From contig OZ249436.1 in assembly GCA_965235115.1 (NCBI GenBank), positions 37,822,001 to 37,886,000 on the forward strand: 64,000 nt of DNA, read 5' to 3'. Source of the stretch: Laetmonice hystrix. Taxonomy: Eukaryota. Under the pieces are notes generated by a model that was not told where the DNA came from, searched no databases, and was given only the letters and a program-made list of their open reading frames with translations. Positions 13,552-28,200 of the stretch are shown piece after piece; position 1 is the first letter of the stretch; each line of letters starts with the position of its first letter. Position numbers and translations under genes: made by a program.

Positions 13552-16500
13552 GTCGGGTAGCCTACCAGATCGTGACCGACCGTGCGACAACACTGATGGT
13601 GACGTCACCACCGGTATCAACCAATGACAAAACTTGACAGCGACATAACGTCGCCTACCACCGTACGTAACAAAACACCAGTGGTAGCGAACAAGGAGGT
13701 GTCTTGGGAAATAAATGCCAAGCTAACATTTGCGACCGATATGATTTTAGTGGCGGCGTGCTGAAGGTCAAGCTGCATGCATTTAGTGTCCAGGAGCAGT
13801 GACATTTCACTACCATCACAATAATGAGGAGCGTTCCGCGAAATCATCACCAGAGACACCATTGTGGTATCAAGTGTTCATTATTAGCCCAACAAGCAGC
13901 CACAAACGTGAAACTTCTTTTACCACAACACACCTGAGTACCATACTTTGAATTGATGAAGACAACGGTACCTTTACTTTAAAGCTTAAAAAGCAAGTAC
14001 TCTTTGTAAATGAAACTTTCAAAAATGTCTGGCCTTTTTTTGGAACCTTTCTATCAATTATTCTCCTGAAGTTATATGATCTGGTTGGAAACCGACACCT
14101 GCACGGTACCGCACCTCCGGGCAGAGAAAATAAATTAAACATAGAAAGAGTCCAACAAGGATGACACTCTAATCATTGACTTGAGCCCATTAGGAGCTCT
14201 CTTTCCTATCTCGATACAAAGATTTTTGTGTTTGCTCAATCTGCGAAGAGTCCACTTAGACCCTCTTGGAGTTGAAAAAAGTGACAATTGGTGTCAAGTC
14301 GGTACATTATCAAATCAGCCTCGAATGCGGTCTCATATTCCAATCCACACTGTCAGATTCGGAAGTAACTCTGCAGACTATTTGACCATTTGCCGACATG
14401 TGCAAATTATTTATATTATGGCCATTTGATCCACATTTGCGAAAAAAACACATTAGAGCATGCATTTAAAATTGTTCAAAAGACTGACAGTTCGTCTCGT
14501 AAATGATGCCAAATAAAACTGCATCCGCATTCAATGTGTATTCTAAACGAAATGGTACTGCCTTTATGGTCCACTTTGAGGCACATTAAGTTTTTAGCCT
14601 CATACACAATGGCCAGCAGGTGCTCGCAATGCCAGGGTTAAGGGCTGTTCAGTCAGATCTCTATGAAGTCAGCCAACGGCTTCTGGCCAAGAACACTTAC
14701 TGTGTCTAAGCGCTCACCCCTGTCTCTATCAATTATTACTCTATTTACATTGCATTGGTTATATTTGCAATGCAAGCTGAATTGTGGGTCAATCGATAGG
14801 AGGCAGAACAGACGTGTGTAAGACTGCATACAATAGACCAATCAATTATCCAATCATCGTTTCTACATTCTGAGTGAATGGAGAGAGGTAGAGTTGATGT
14901 TGGATGATAATGATATAAGACGGATGAGTTTCTAGATCAGAGTACTTGAGCCGGGTGAGTGTAAACTATGGAGAGAGATCATTCAGTCCCTATCCCCTAC
15001 ACTCAACCCTGCACCCAGCGCCCTCCAGTGGAATGCTGAAGCGGCATTCTCAAGGGGGTCATTGACCTATCGGGGGACTGGACAGTGACGTGCACTGGGT
15101 AGAGAGCCCAGTCTATTTCCTAGAATCCAATGACAGCACCATGTGTAATCTTTGTGGCCTCCAGTGGTTGTACAATATTTATCTCCTAGTGCGAGGTTAT
15201 AATGTATGCCCTAATTATGTTTCTGTCTTTCTGTCAGGCCGAGTTCTAAAACATGAGATTCTATGTGGAAATTCCATTCAAGTTATTGTCATCTCTGCAG
15301 ATAATGAAGTTAGGAAGCACGTATACCATTTAAAAACGAGTCCACACAGACTCAATGAAGCCATCTTGTATAGCATTCCATAGGACAGGTACTGGTACAA
15401 AGAAAGACGGCACATACGCGCAATGTATATAATATTCGCCGCAGTTAAATAATGAATAGGTTAGACTTAGAGTGCGTTCAGACAATTTCATCAAACCTCT
15501 GAATGTTCACCTTTGACTTTTGTCGGAATATAGAGAAATTATGTCAAAAGTACATTTCTTCTTTCCATTGCTGTATCACTGATCAAATATTTCAAAAAAA
15601 AGTTGTTTGCAAACGAAGAATAAATCACCATCTTTGCTGGAAACGGTTCTTCAAATCTGTTACTGCATGAGAACCCCCCCCCCCCCACCTCACTTAACTA
15701 CTGTTAGGGGGATGTCATTTTACTGTCAATGACAAAGATCAACAAAAAAACAAACAAACAAAATTAACAAGTATTCCTCCGCCTCTTCTGGAGTGGCAGT
15801 TACCTGGGCCACAACCGGACCTTCTGCTCTCATAGTTACCCTGGTATCTCGCACGACATACATTTGGGAGAAATTATCATATAAACCTGTAGATTTTGAC
15901 GTTTTACGTAATGGAGACAAACAGATCGATGGACTCTGCCATTTAGGAGTTTCTGATGTCCTCAGGTACGTGTGAAAGATGAGGTCAGAAGTATGCTCGC
16001 GGTAATGTCCAGTCACGGGCCCGTCGGGTTCGCTTCCAGTTGGTAGGAAACGGTTCCAGTGCCCACGCTACTCGGTCGGTCGCCAAGTCGCCAATGACTG
16101 TTTCTCAACTTGGCTAGGAAAAATCTATACTGGCGTATTTTCTTGCAAATGGTACATACAGAATTTGATGAATTTTGGATAAAAACAAAGTGTTCGGCTA
16201 GGTCATATTGGCTAATCAGTTTTGAAAGCCAGCGAGGGACCTGGGCCCCTATGGCTGCAAGCAGCACCACCACAACCAGAACCGGCCCAGTCAGATCCCA
16301 GATGAATTCCTACGATCACCGTTACACAATCTATGCCGCTTAGTATTTATACATGCATTGGCAGCTGCAGCCCTTGTGGCACTACTAGCCAAACTGAGAG
16401 GAACCACCTCGCCCGGAAGTGGCATTCAGAGGTGGCACTCCCGCCGGTGCTCCAATCAGAGGTGGCCCTTTCCCGTCCGACCCTGCTTGGGTGGCACCCT

Positions 16501-17915
16501 GAGATTCTATGGAGGAGCGCCGACAGCCAGCGTTGACAGCCGAGCCCCAAGGTTACACAATACAAGGCCCCGACATAAACGGGGTGTTCTCTTCTCGTTG
16601 ACCTCGTGGCAAAGGTCACACAGAGTTAACCTTCTGGCAATGGGCGACATGAGCATACTGTGCGCTAAACGATTAGGATTCAAGACATTTATGTGGTCGC
16701 CAAAAATTGAAATCTGCTATGTTTTCTCAAGCACAAAGTATACCAACCATGTCAGCGTGACGTCATCAAGGAGGCACAAAAAGATGTTCATTTTATTGTT
16801 TCTGAACTTATGTTATTTTAACCCTCATTATCGCATACCTGCCAACATTTGGTCGACGGAATCCGGAATCATCCCAAATTGACTTTTGACATTCTCTCTA
16901 AATATATGGGCCCCCTTTCTTTTATCCATCTCTCTCTCTCTTCCTCTCCATTACTGACAGAAAGCATAAGGTATATGGCAGGGACCATAAACGATCTTTT
17001 TGCCAGTGAAACTCTGCTATGAGCGAAAGATTTAACATGTATTTGGAGGGAATCTATACTTATTCTGTAAATTCTATGATCCCGTAATATTTAGAGAGTA
17101 ATGCGGAATACCTCATTCAAATGCAGAAAGATTCCGTTGGCAGGCATGTTATCGTTCGTTTGGTGATGTCAGTGCCATTCCTGGCTTGTGCCGAATTACC
17201 GAACATTAATTGCGCGCGCTTGGTCCTTGAAGTTAGATCATTTCCACTACAGTTCAAAAGATGCAGCCATATGTAATTGCAAAGAAGACTGCGATCTCCA
17301 AATGTCCGCGAACAGTTGATCCTGAGAAGCCTGCTGCAGCACTACAAGCAATAACCCCTTCAGTTGCAGCAGCAGTTCTCCCACTGATACGGCATTTCAC
17401 CCATCCCCCCTCCCTCCCAAACCGGCCATTCCGTTCCGGCACTGAAATGCTTAGGTCCTATTATTTGAGCACCAAAGGTGTTCAAATCTTTTCTAACTTG
17501 CATCTAAATTTCACGGCCTGTGTGCCTGGCCTGTACAAACTGCCTTTTCTTTTAAACTCGGTGACGTAAACAACGAAAGGAAACCTAGCATGGCGTGTGC
17601 AGTCAACTGTCAGGCCATATTGGAAACCCTTTCAAACTTAGAGCAGAGGATTACTGACAGGTCTAACGTCTTTCATTCTTCCATTATGACGTCACAGCAC
17701 GCCAAGCCGTCAAGACCGTTAGCGGTATACCTTAAACAATTAAGTTCATGAATGCTAGCTAGGACGATATTATAAGATTCTTGGAGCATGAAACGTCCGT
17801 TGACAAAGCTCACCATGCGCATACTGCAATGCTTTGGACACAGGTGTATTGAACGGCTCATATTCACGGCCGTGGTATCAGGAGTTATAACGAAGCTTCC
17901 GTCTGGTAGCACTAA

Positions 17916-18043
17916 GTGTGCTATGATGGAGCTACAGTCAGGGTGTCCTATGATGGGGCTGCAATCATGGTATGCTATGACGGGGCTGCAATCATGGTAT
18001 GCTATGATGGGGTTGCAATCATGCTGTGCTATGAGGGGGTTGT
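17916..18043. repeat. 27-bp tandem repeat, about 5 units
   Basis: TATGATGGGGCTGCAATCATGGTATGC variants. Confidence 0.8.
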
Positions 18044-19702
18044 GACCTGAGGCAATACGGCCCCCTGTATAAGGGGGATCAGAGTATCCGTGATACTGCC
18101 GCTCGAGGGGGTCAATCCTTTCCTCAGCCTAACGGCCTCACTGGTGCGCTTCCACCTAGATTTCCAAAGCATTCCATCACTCTGAAGGCATTATCCTTAC
18201 AACCCGGGGTTTCAGTTGTTGAAGAAATCCTTTTGGCAGTCGTTTGTATAAGCCTCGGGAAATCAACAACTGATTCTCGAACAGTGTAGTTACAAAACGG
18301 GTTACTTCTAAGGGCTGGGCCACGTAGAACCGGATTATAATTGAATTATCTAAATGCATTAAAAACACGAAACCTGTTTAACAAAAGGTGAATTTGTGAG
18401 GCTATTTGGATAGACATTAGGGGCCTTTTAAAGAGGAGTGTGAGGGAATTATATGGATAAGAATTCTTCTGGCAGAAAGCTGCATCTAGAGAGCAGAATC
18501 TTTATCGACCCTCCATGGGGCGCATCATCCATGTTCCTTTCGAAAACGGGACCCGTATTCTACATTGTGGCACGGTCCCATTAAACCAGCCCATTGCCGA
18601 GCTCTGGCCTTGAGTTATGTCTCGATTCTGTTTTATACTAGGACTTCTCCGGGTATTTAATGTGCGGCCAATTAAAGAGTAGGCATGCCATCATCCGCTG
18701 ATTCAGTCTCCTGTATGAAAACTGCTCTCATGGCTTGCTTGCTTTTGATGGCAACATCTCATCTGAGACTGGACGGGGAAGTTGTACCGAGGGCCCGGCC
18801 CAAGTGGCGTACTTGACAGGTAGTTGTTTACTGCTGAGGCGGGGGAGGCAGTGGTGGGTGGTGGGTGGTGCGGTGGTGCGGCGGTGGTGGTGGTTTAAGT
18901 GGTGGCTTGGCGTGGGAGGAATCCTGCTGGTTGCCACCGCCGCCGGCGCCAGGCCGACTGAGCACTGGGTCCCGTCACAGCCGCTCCGCTTCCTGCAGTC
19001 AGCCGCAGACAAACCGATCGACCTCCGCCGGCGGCCATCCTAACCACCTCCCCTGGACCCTCCCAGACCCTGAGAACAACCCCCTACCCTACCCCTTTCG
19101 TCCAGCCTGGCTACATCGTTTGATCCCCACATGGACACAGCTAATTCACGCACCTGCCAGATTTCCTCCTAGTCCATCAGCAGTGAATGCCCGCCACCCC
19201 CACCCCGGCCGGCCGGCCGGCGGGTTGCAAGTTGTGGGGCCCCTGTATGATGAAGACACGCGGGTTTCTCTCACTGCTGTGACTGGCTGCACGCCCAACC
19301 ACTGTACAACACCTCCAGTGACTATAAGGAGTCCCATGGCCATTCCAAGAGAATGGCGCCGAGGCCACCTGTCTCTTCCCATCGCCTTCACCAGTTGGTG
19401 TCCGTCAAATCCGGCATCACGCAAATTTGAGTGTAAATTTTCTATCATTATTTCCACCACCAACCTAATCCTAACCCTTCGTCCTGGGCCCAGTTTTTTT
19501 TTAAATTCTCAACTTGAGTAAAGCTTCTGATTGGCTGGCTTAAGTACGCTTTACTCAAATTGAGAATTTTTGAAAAAATAAACGTCATAGTCTTCAATTT
19601 TAAAAACATCGCATGCGGGCATTATAAGCGAAAGACCCTCTTTTCTTTAGGCAGGGCCATTAATGACGCCACAACCATTCCTTATCTACTAGGGGATACT
19701 AG

Positions 19703-20789
19703 CTGTTATATGTATGATGTGGTAGAAGACTGACCACGACCTGAGGCCAGCCCTCTGTTATGTATGATGTGGTAGAAGACTGACCACGACCTGAGGCCCG
19801 CCCTCTGTTATATGTATGATGTGGTAGAAGACTGACCACGACCTGAGGCCAGCCCTCTGTTATGTATGATGTGGTAGAAGACTGACCACTGCCTGAAGCC
19901 AGCCCTCTGTTATAATGTATGATGTGGTAGAAGACTGACCACTGCCTGAAGCCAGCCCTCTGTTATAATGTATGATGTGGTAGAAGACTGACCACGACCT
20001 GAGGCCCGCCCTCTGTTATATGTATGATGTGGTAGAAGACTGACCACGACCTGAGGCCAGCCCTCTGTTATATGATGTGGTAGAAGAGTGACCACGACCT
20101 GAGGCCAGCCCTCTGTTATTGTATAATGTGGTAGAAGAGTGACCACGACCTGAGGCCAGCCCTCTGTTATATGTATGATGTGGTAGAAGACTGACCACTG
20201 CCTGAGGCCAGCCCTCTGTTTGATGTGGTAGAAGACTGACCACGACCTGAGGCCCGCCCTCTGTTATTAATATGTATGATGTGGTAGAAGACTGACCACT
20301 GCCTGAGGCCAGCCCTCTGTTATATTTATGATGTGGTAGAAGACTGACCACGACCTGAGGCCAGCCCTCTGTTATATGTATGATGTGGTAGAAGAGTGAC
20401 CACGACCTGAGGCCAGCCCTCTGTTATATGTATGATGTGGTAGAAGACTGACCACTGCTTGAGACCAGCCCTCTGTTATATGTATGATGTGGTAGAAGAC
20501 TGACCACTGCTTGAGGGCAGCCCTCTGTTATATGTATGATGTGGTAGAAGACTGACCACTGCCTGAGGCCAGCCCTCTGTTATATGTATGATGTGGTAGA
20601 AGACTGACCACTGCTTGAGGCCAGCCCTCTGTTATATGTATGATGTGGTAGAAGACTGACCACGACCTGAGGCCAGCCCTCTGTTATAATTATGTATGAT
20701 GTGGTAGAAGACTGACCACTGCTTGAGGCCAGCCCTCTGTTATATGTATGATGTGGTAGAAGACTGACCACTGCCTGAGGCCCGCCCTC
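19703..20789. repeat. ~52-bp minisatellite, about 21 units (DMXL intron 1)
   Basis: Unit CTGTTATATGTATGATGTGGTAGAAGACTGACCACGACCTGAGGCCAGCCCT, with small indels in the AT-rich part. Confidence 0.95.
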
Positions 20790-21948
20790 GAGCCAGGACA
20801 GGCCATCATTATTATGAGGCCGTCATCATTTTAAAAAAAACTCCCAACGCCTAAACTGACAATTAGATTACACTTTGATTAGCATTCTATGAGGACAAAA
20901 CATGAGGAATGTGTTTGATCACCTTTAGGGGCCACCATCTTACCTTCATTCATACACGATAACACGGCTGTCTGTATACGATCAGACGTCTTCCTCAGCA
21001 GTGACCAGTCTACATCTGATATATCTACACGTCATCATTCCCGCTTCTGTCGCTGACAAGGGAAATTGCGTGGAAATTGGCTAAACCAAAGCAAGTATCA
21101 AAACCTTTTTAATGTAGCTTGCATTTAGATAGGTTAGTCAACGACGACTTCTAGTGGATTATTTGCCACGGGTCTACTCCACGGTCGAATCGTAAACCGA
21201 GTCTGCTGAAGTTGTAACCCACACGTGGACTCATCTACATCATACCTGTACACGCCACAGAATATAGGCGGGGTGTAAATATCTCAGGTGACAATCTCAA
21301 AAACGAGGGAGCAGATCTAACTGGAAATGTACAGTTTAAAAGTTGAACGCATCCGAATTGGTAAAGTAACTGTCAAAGGTACAGCTGCTTGCAACAATAT
21401 ATCATTTTCATGAACTACTTCCACTACGTACACCCGCCTCAATGTGTATTAGTAATCCTGATACTAAATCTCTAAGTCGCACAACTTTTACTCCGTTACC
21501 CTAATTAAAATCCCTAACACGGAATAGGATACGGCTTTCTGTCGTGGGACAAAGCAGAAATAACTTTCAGCCAACAAATCATATCAAATCTTGTGTACGT
21601 CATAGTGATAGTTTCAACTTGCACTGCTTAAAGTGACCTGATCCGAGACGTCATTTTCATATACTACTTCATGTCAGCTGAGGGAGATGAAGGTACCGGG
21701 TTTAGTACATTGGAATTATAACGGTTTAGGTTCCTGAAATCAAGTCAGAACCACTATTTCCAGCGTCTGTATTTTCTCCTGTTTCGTGGATATTTGGAAC
21801 TGAAAAACAATAGGCCGCCATGACATCTGATCAATAGTTTGATATTATCTCCTATGCGACACAGGAAACAGCCAAATTTGATGTCAAGTGTATTCTCTAC
21901 TTCAAAAGATTGTTTACTACGACTGTTGCGCAACCAATATAATAGTTA

Positions 21949-22249
21949 AGCTAGGAACAAACAGAACGCGATGCGACGCGCTTTTTTTAACGCCCCAGAA
22001 CGCTCCCACTGGTTTTCAATACGAGTGACGTTGTGCGACGCCACGCGATGCGACGCGTCAATATCGGGAAAAGCCTCGGTGGGGCTTTTTATTGCACGCG
22101 TCACATTGGCGCACTTGGATGCAATGGGTTTCTCCTCATGCCATGTTTTGTCCTTGTGACCCGTGTGGGTTCACTCAAACTCGCGGCCACTGGAATTCTG
22201 TGGCACGATGACGCGCGCCAAGCTTGACGCGTCCTGTCTGTTGCTAGCC
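21949..22249. mobile_element. Degenerate MITE (Harbinger-like)
   Basis: Imperfect TIRs GCTAGGAACAAACAGAACGCG / CGCGTCCTGTCTGTTGCTAGC; internal GCGACGC repeats. Confidence 0.55.
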
Positions 22250-25200
22250 ATTTAAAATATAGGAATGCGTTCCCATTCTCTCCAAGAGCTGCAAATTTTA
22301 TATATGTGGAGACAAATACCAGAACAGTTCATGTGATTCACGACACGAGTTTCTGTTCCTTGTGCTGCTGTAAGATTCTGAGTCTGTTATAATGTCCTCA
22401 GGTTATTGGTGTTGTTCCATTAGCCACGGTATAGCCTGCTTGCTTACAACTGACCACAAGAGGCTGGGGGCCCGGGGGAGGGGCCCGGGGGAGGGGCCCG
22501 GGGGAGGGGCAGGGGGGCTGGTGCAGAACGCTGGGACCATGCCCACACGTGCGGCGCACGGTCCCCGTCGTGTGCGAACTTGATAAGCTGTGCTGACACA
22601 CCTTCAGGGGCACATCTCTGACTAAACTGACAGCCCTGGCGGCTGGCTAGCACACTCTGGTGGCTACCGTACTTGTTGCTGCCTATACAGTCCTTATTAA
22701 AATCTGGAGTTTTTGCATCTGCAGGCAAGGAAAGCTTGTTACCCCGATATACCCTTCTCGTCTATGGTGAAGTCCAAGTTCACGATTCTGTGAAAGCGTT
22801 ATTCTCCACGAACCTTAAACAGATGCTGAAAATTTGACAAATACGATTTACAACTGCTTAGTTCATAAGCGTAGCCGTTGAATAGCATAAATTACCTTTG
22901 ACATATGAAACATGCCAAATTAAATAACCCGGCCGTCACTACAGCTTCAGAAATACCAATTTTGGGCGAATATTTTAAACAGATGTCCGAGAGAAATTTC
23001 AATACCATGACGAAAATTATATCATGGAATATATACTGCCTTCCTGAAAGCTTGAAATATAATACCTGTGGGTCATTTTAATTATTTTCAATATCAATGG
23101 GTTGTTTAAAAAGTATCCTGGTTTTTACCGACGCTTTAGCCCCAAATAGAACTGTTTGACAGTATACTGCAAGTGTCGTTTCCGCTACGAGTGGCGCAGG
23201 ATAATGTCCTGCCATAAGATCCAGTCAAAAAGGGCGTTCCCTTAGATTACAACTTCATACAGGCTTTCGCACAGGCAGAGTGGTGTTTAAATGGGAAGGA
23301 TTTCCTCCATGGATCAGTCCCACCAATCAGCTGGCCATGCTCACTCACGTGACCAACTGACAAGGCCCCTTATGGAAACCGTCTCCCAGACCTTGGCAGT
23401 GAGGTGACCGCCAGGCCATCACATGCCAGGCTTACGTACACGTAGAGGTCATAGATTTACATAACACACTGGCGGCGCCGTGATAAACGCATCTTTACAA
23501 ACGGTTTACTAATGGCTATCCGACAAATGGATCTCCGGAGTACCATAACTTATTAAGTCCCGCCTGTGCTTTGAAGGTGCTATTCGTCTCGCACAGAATG
23601 ACATTTCTCGTATCATACATTGTGCACATAGTACTAGAAAAAATTCCTACCGATACCATTGGCCTGATAAACCTTCTATTAGTTTGTGTGCAGCATTTGA
23701 AACCTATCTCGGTACGCACCGAGATAGAGCCATTTCCTATGGTGGGGCGTGTCAGGGTCTCCACAGGCCTTCTGAGAGAGCCCCATTTGTGCCGTTATCC
23801 ATGAAAAATTTTGATTTCCTTTGGTTTGAATCTATTTCCATGATAGGTGGGATCACATAAACGTCAACAAAATTAAAAATAAAAAAATTGAATTTTTTTT
23901 TCACGAATAGCACCTTTAATAACAAAGGTTTTCTTAAAGCGCCCTCTGGGACGGGCTATCGCCTTGCAGCATGTAAATCGGAGTCTGTGTTCTTTCATTA
24001 TAGCCAGGTTCAACTCCACTATGCACACATGACCATGCAACTGAAGACACCCATAGAGTAAAACTGTTGATGATCTAAATGTCGACATCTCAGCAGTGGC
24101 TGGCAAATTCTAGGCTGGAGGGGTCTTTGGTGAACGTAGCTATTTGAACTGTTCTGTTGTTTCCAGCGATTGTCTTTAAAACTGCGATTACCAGACATGC
24201 AAATTTTCTTTTGAGCATACCCGAACCAGAGCATGCTACTACGTTGCAGACAAAACACAAGCTGAGCAAGCATTTACACCTAACCTGGCCATTATTTCTG
24301 TGCAAAAATGATTAAATTTTGATAAGAGCGTTCTATTCCATACATCAGTTTCGTTATACACCAGCATCGCTTGTCCGCCCATTTTTCAACCTTTGAACCG
24401 GCCTTGTTGTAACTCTACATTACGGTTGCCTGGGGTAAGATAGGGACAGACGGGTCAAAATATTGGCCTTCTTTAATAATTTGGGTAAAGGGTGGTGAGG
24501 GGATCAACCACTCCTAAAATTATTTCTTCATTTAAAAAGCAGGACAAGAGCTCATGTCTTGTAAATAGTGTGAAGTTTCAATACATGACTTTGTACACCA
24601 GTCGGATATCGTTTTAAAAGCACGACGATATCTTGTTACTGTTCAGAATCTAGACGAGAAGCTGTTCATTTCAAATCCTCCTTTCCAAAGTGTCCCTACC
24701 TGTTCCACAGTTAAAACGATGCCCTTTTCATTAGCATATGCCACGGTTTTTATTTTCATTTCAGCAGCAGTGGCTCTTATCACTGATAAACTTCTTTTCA
24801 TAAAAATGGAAGTCCATAAATGTGAAAACACTAAGGCGTTTTATCAAAGGTTTTTCCGCTAAACTATTTATATTCAATAAAAACAAGAAAACAACATATT
24901 TGGCCGTCCAGGGATCCAAACGAATAACAATTACAGGTGGGTAGAATGCCGATTGTTCAACCACCACCACCACCGCCCCCACCACCACCACCACCACCAT
25001 CCTCGCGGAGAGCGACGCCTTGACACTGCAGGATCAGCACTTTCCGTGCCGCCCTCCATTGTGACAGGCCAGGAAAAAACAAATAAATTTGTATTTAAAA
25101 GGCTCCTCTTACAGAAACAATTATCCCAATTACTGGGTAAAAAAAGAGCTCGAGTCGATGCAACTATAGAGAGCTACTATTAAGAACTTGATATTGTAAG

Positions 25201-28200
25201 CTGCTATTGTCCATGGGCAAAGTGTTTACGTGCCACACATGGCGAGACATTTAATAAATACATGTACTCTGTTATAGAAAGTTAAACAGATTAGGTGCCA
25301 ACTCGATCCCTATCAGGTCCCACCATACCATGTTACGAAGCATAGATCACTGACTGTTAGAGCTAGCTAGATATTCTTGTTTAATAATTTTGGAGATAAT
25401 AACCCTAGAACTCTAGCTGTCGTAGGATACTTAGAATACCAAGACAAAATAGCTGTCTATCATACTCTATGGCAAGTAAATTACGACAAGTAATGTTCAT
25501 AGAAATATGTTCAGGAGAGAAAGGGTGCTTCCACATCTGACAAGGTCTGTTGTAAGCAGGTTGAGATATACGTGGAATTGATGTGGCGAATGGCGCAACG
25601 AGGTGATCAGCCATGGATGCCAGCCCCAGCCCATACAATCCTGCCGTCAACGCCCGGATCAGCCTCCTCCAACGTCCCGGCTCACAGTCTGATACAGGAG
25701 CTCAACCCACCACTCTTTCTAGGACTTCTACCGGCAAAATTTGTGTACATACATGACAGATAAAACTTCAGATGTTCAGATTCTGATGCCACGCCTACCA
25801 CTTCAACAACTCAAATTGGGATTATCCTCTTCTAAATTTACAAATCCAACGATTTCAGCCAAAAGAGAATCATTGCCTGAGGAACATATTTATTTTTATA
25901 TACTACTTACGAATATGGTACTCAGTCACAAGTTTACAAACGCTTAGTCAGCAACGCCTGTCAGATTTGAATGTATACCACTTGCAGGGAAGGTTGGCCA
26001 CTTGGGCAGAGAAAATTTTGAATAACGCAAAAAGGCTTCGAAGCGTTGTTCCTCGGACGGCTGTCACTCATATTGCTTGTCAGTGTAATGACCCTGCGTC
26101 CGTGCCTGTCCATCGTGACTACTGTAATTATCCGCTATGGGCCAGCTCAGCAAGCCTACCTTCCATACCCAGTCATGTGGTAAATTATGCTGTCCTTAGT
26201 AGCTACATCGACCAATCAATATCCCCGGGTGGGTCCGGCTCTGTGAGAAGGCCCGTAGTTGTGGGGCCTATTTCCATCGCCCCTACCCCATCCCCTTTCC
26301 CAACACTCACTGGCACACTGGGCGGTGCGTACAAGACGCCCTTACATTCCAAATTCTATCAATTTTGCTGCTCGTCTACATAATCAATCGATGTTCATTT
26401 TTTTAACAATGCAACAGAAACCCGGAAGCACTGATTCGTGAAAGTTAACAGATGTGAAAACTTTTGTTGCACCAATAACCTGTTCGGACGTAAAATGAAA
26501 GAAAAATCAATTACACTCTGCAGCCCTAACCATACTGCTGACTGAATTGTTCCTGTGACGATATTTTCCGGTTCTTCTCCTAACCTACAAACTGTTTCCC
26601 AGACTGGCCATTATAACTAGGTCATTGAGTGATCCCCCTGGGGAGGTTCGTGACCTCATTATCCCACTGATAGTAAACAGCAGCCTGAAGGAACTCAGTT
26701 ACATGCTTGTTGTAAATCGCACATTAATGCTAATTCTTGGCGCGTGACAGGACAAACTGGGGTGGCACCGACACTGATGCCTCACGACAGGAACATAATT
26801 GAGATGCTGGTTCGTCCTTATGAGACATCTAGCCTGCCATAGCAGTGCGGGTGCTGGAAGTGCAATTGTCCCTCTCTACACAGAGTTCTCTGAACTCACG
26901 GGGTCACTGTCCTCTCTCTGTGGGGCCGACCCCTATCCCAGATTATACCTGGCCCACATGCACGATCAGACTTAGAGCCTACCGGGCACATCAGGCCGAG
27001 TTCGAATCTGGCGCAATTTGCATACCCATTTATAGTCACGTCTATTAAGTTTTAAAACCTCACTCCATTTTATCGCAATAAAACTGGCCAATCCATACAC
27101 CCTGGCTCGGCATGGGATATTTCAGCTTAACCCTCCCAATGCCTGTGTTGGTCGTCGTTTACGCCATTTTCCAGACGTTGATGTCCGACAAGACGTCCTT
27201 CATATCAAGTATCATACATTTATGGTCGGACTTGTCTTACTCATGAGGACTCGGCTGTGATGGGAGCCGGCATGTACCTCCACTTCCGTCTTCCTCAATA
27301 GTCTAAGAGAGAAACATAATTTTGAGGTTCTGCCAGTGATTGCCACCCACCAAGTTAGTTCTAGGTTATAGGAACCTGTAATATTGACGTCAGGGGTGTC
27401 ACTATCAGTAAGAAGCCTTCAGTAAAAACTAATACCTCCATATATAGCAAGGACATCACATTTATAAATAAGGAGTTGGCAGGAATTCGGCAATGATCAA
27501 TTATAAGATACAAAAATCTCATACCATTTACACAGTTTGCATGGTTATCATGTACGTTTAACTTTATTATTCCAGCAAATTCCTAAACTACTCTAACATT
27601 CCAGGTTTTATGCCTACTTAATTTTGTGACATTGTACCGATTTTATTATTAATGTGTCAGGATATTATAAACCACCACCATTTCGCTCTTGAAATAACAC
27701 TGCTGAATCCACGTCATTTAAAGAGCATTAAATTTGCTGCCGGTAACGGCCCACCTCAATGTATTCTTCGCAAGCTACTGGTGGGCGTTCATTGCGAAAT
27801 TTTAAATCAATGGGATGAATAATTTAGTTTGTACAACTGGTGGGTGTGGGAGGCTGTGTGCGTGCGTCAGTGTTGGGTGTTCATGCGTGTCTGTGTGTTG
27901 GGGAATGCGTGTGTGTGTCCACTGTCAGGCATGCCGCAGACATGCTTGCTGACATATGGACTACCTATGGTAGGTACTCAGAATCGATTATACTAATTTT
28001 ATAGCCATCATGTTATGACAAACACACAAAGTCTCTCCGGATCTGAGACCAATTCCACAGAGCACTATAAAACCGCTTGGCCAGGAAACCAGATTGACAA
28101 TTATACTTCCAGCCTCCTCCGTATCATATTCCCCTTTCATCATTCATTATCTGATCAATGCATGAACCAAAGCAACGGGCCGTGTTTTCTGCAGTCTGAA

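Noticed and set aside
19703..20789. CRISPR-like array
   Set aside because: No unique spacers or cas genes; eukaryotic intronic minisatellite.
23820..24430. Transposase remnant
   Set aside because: All frames checked are short and lack recognisable DDE motifs.
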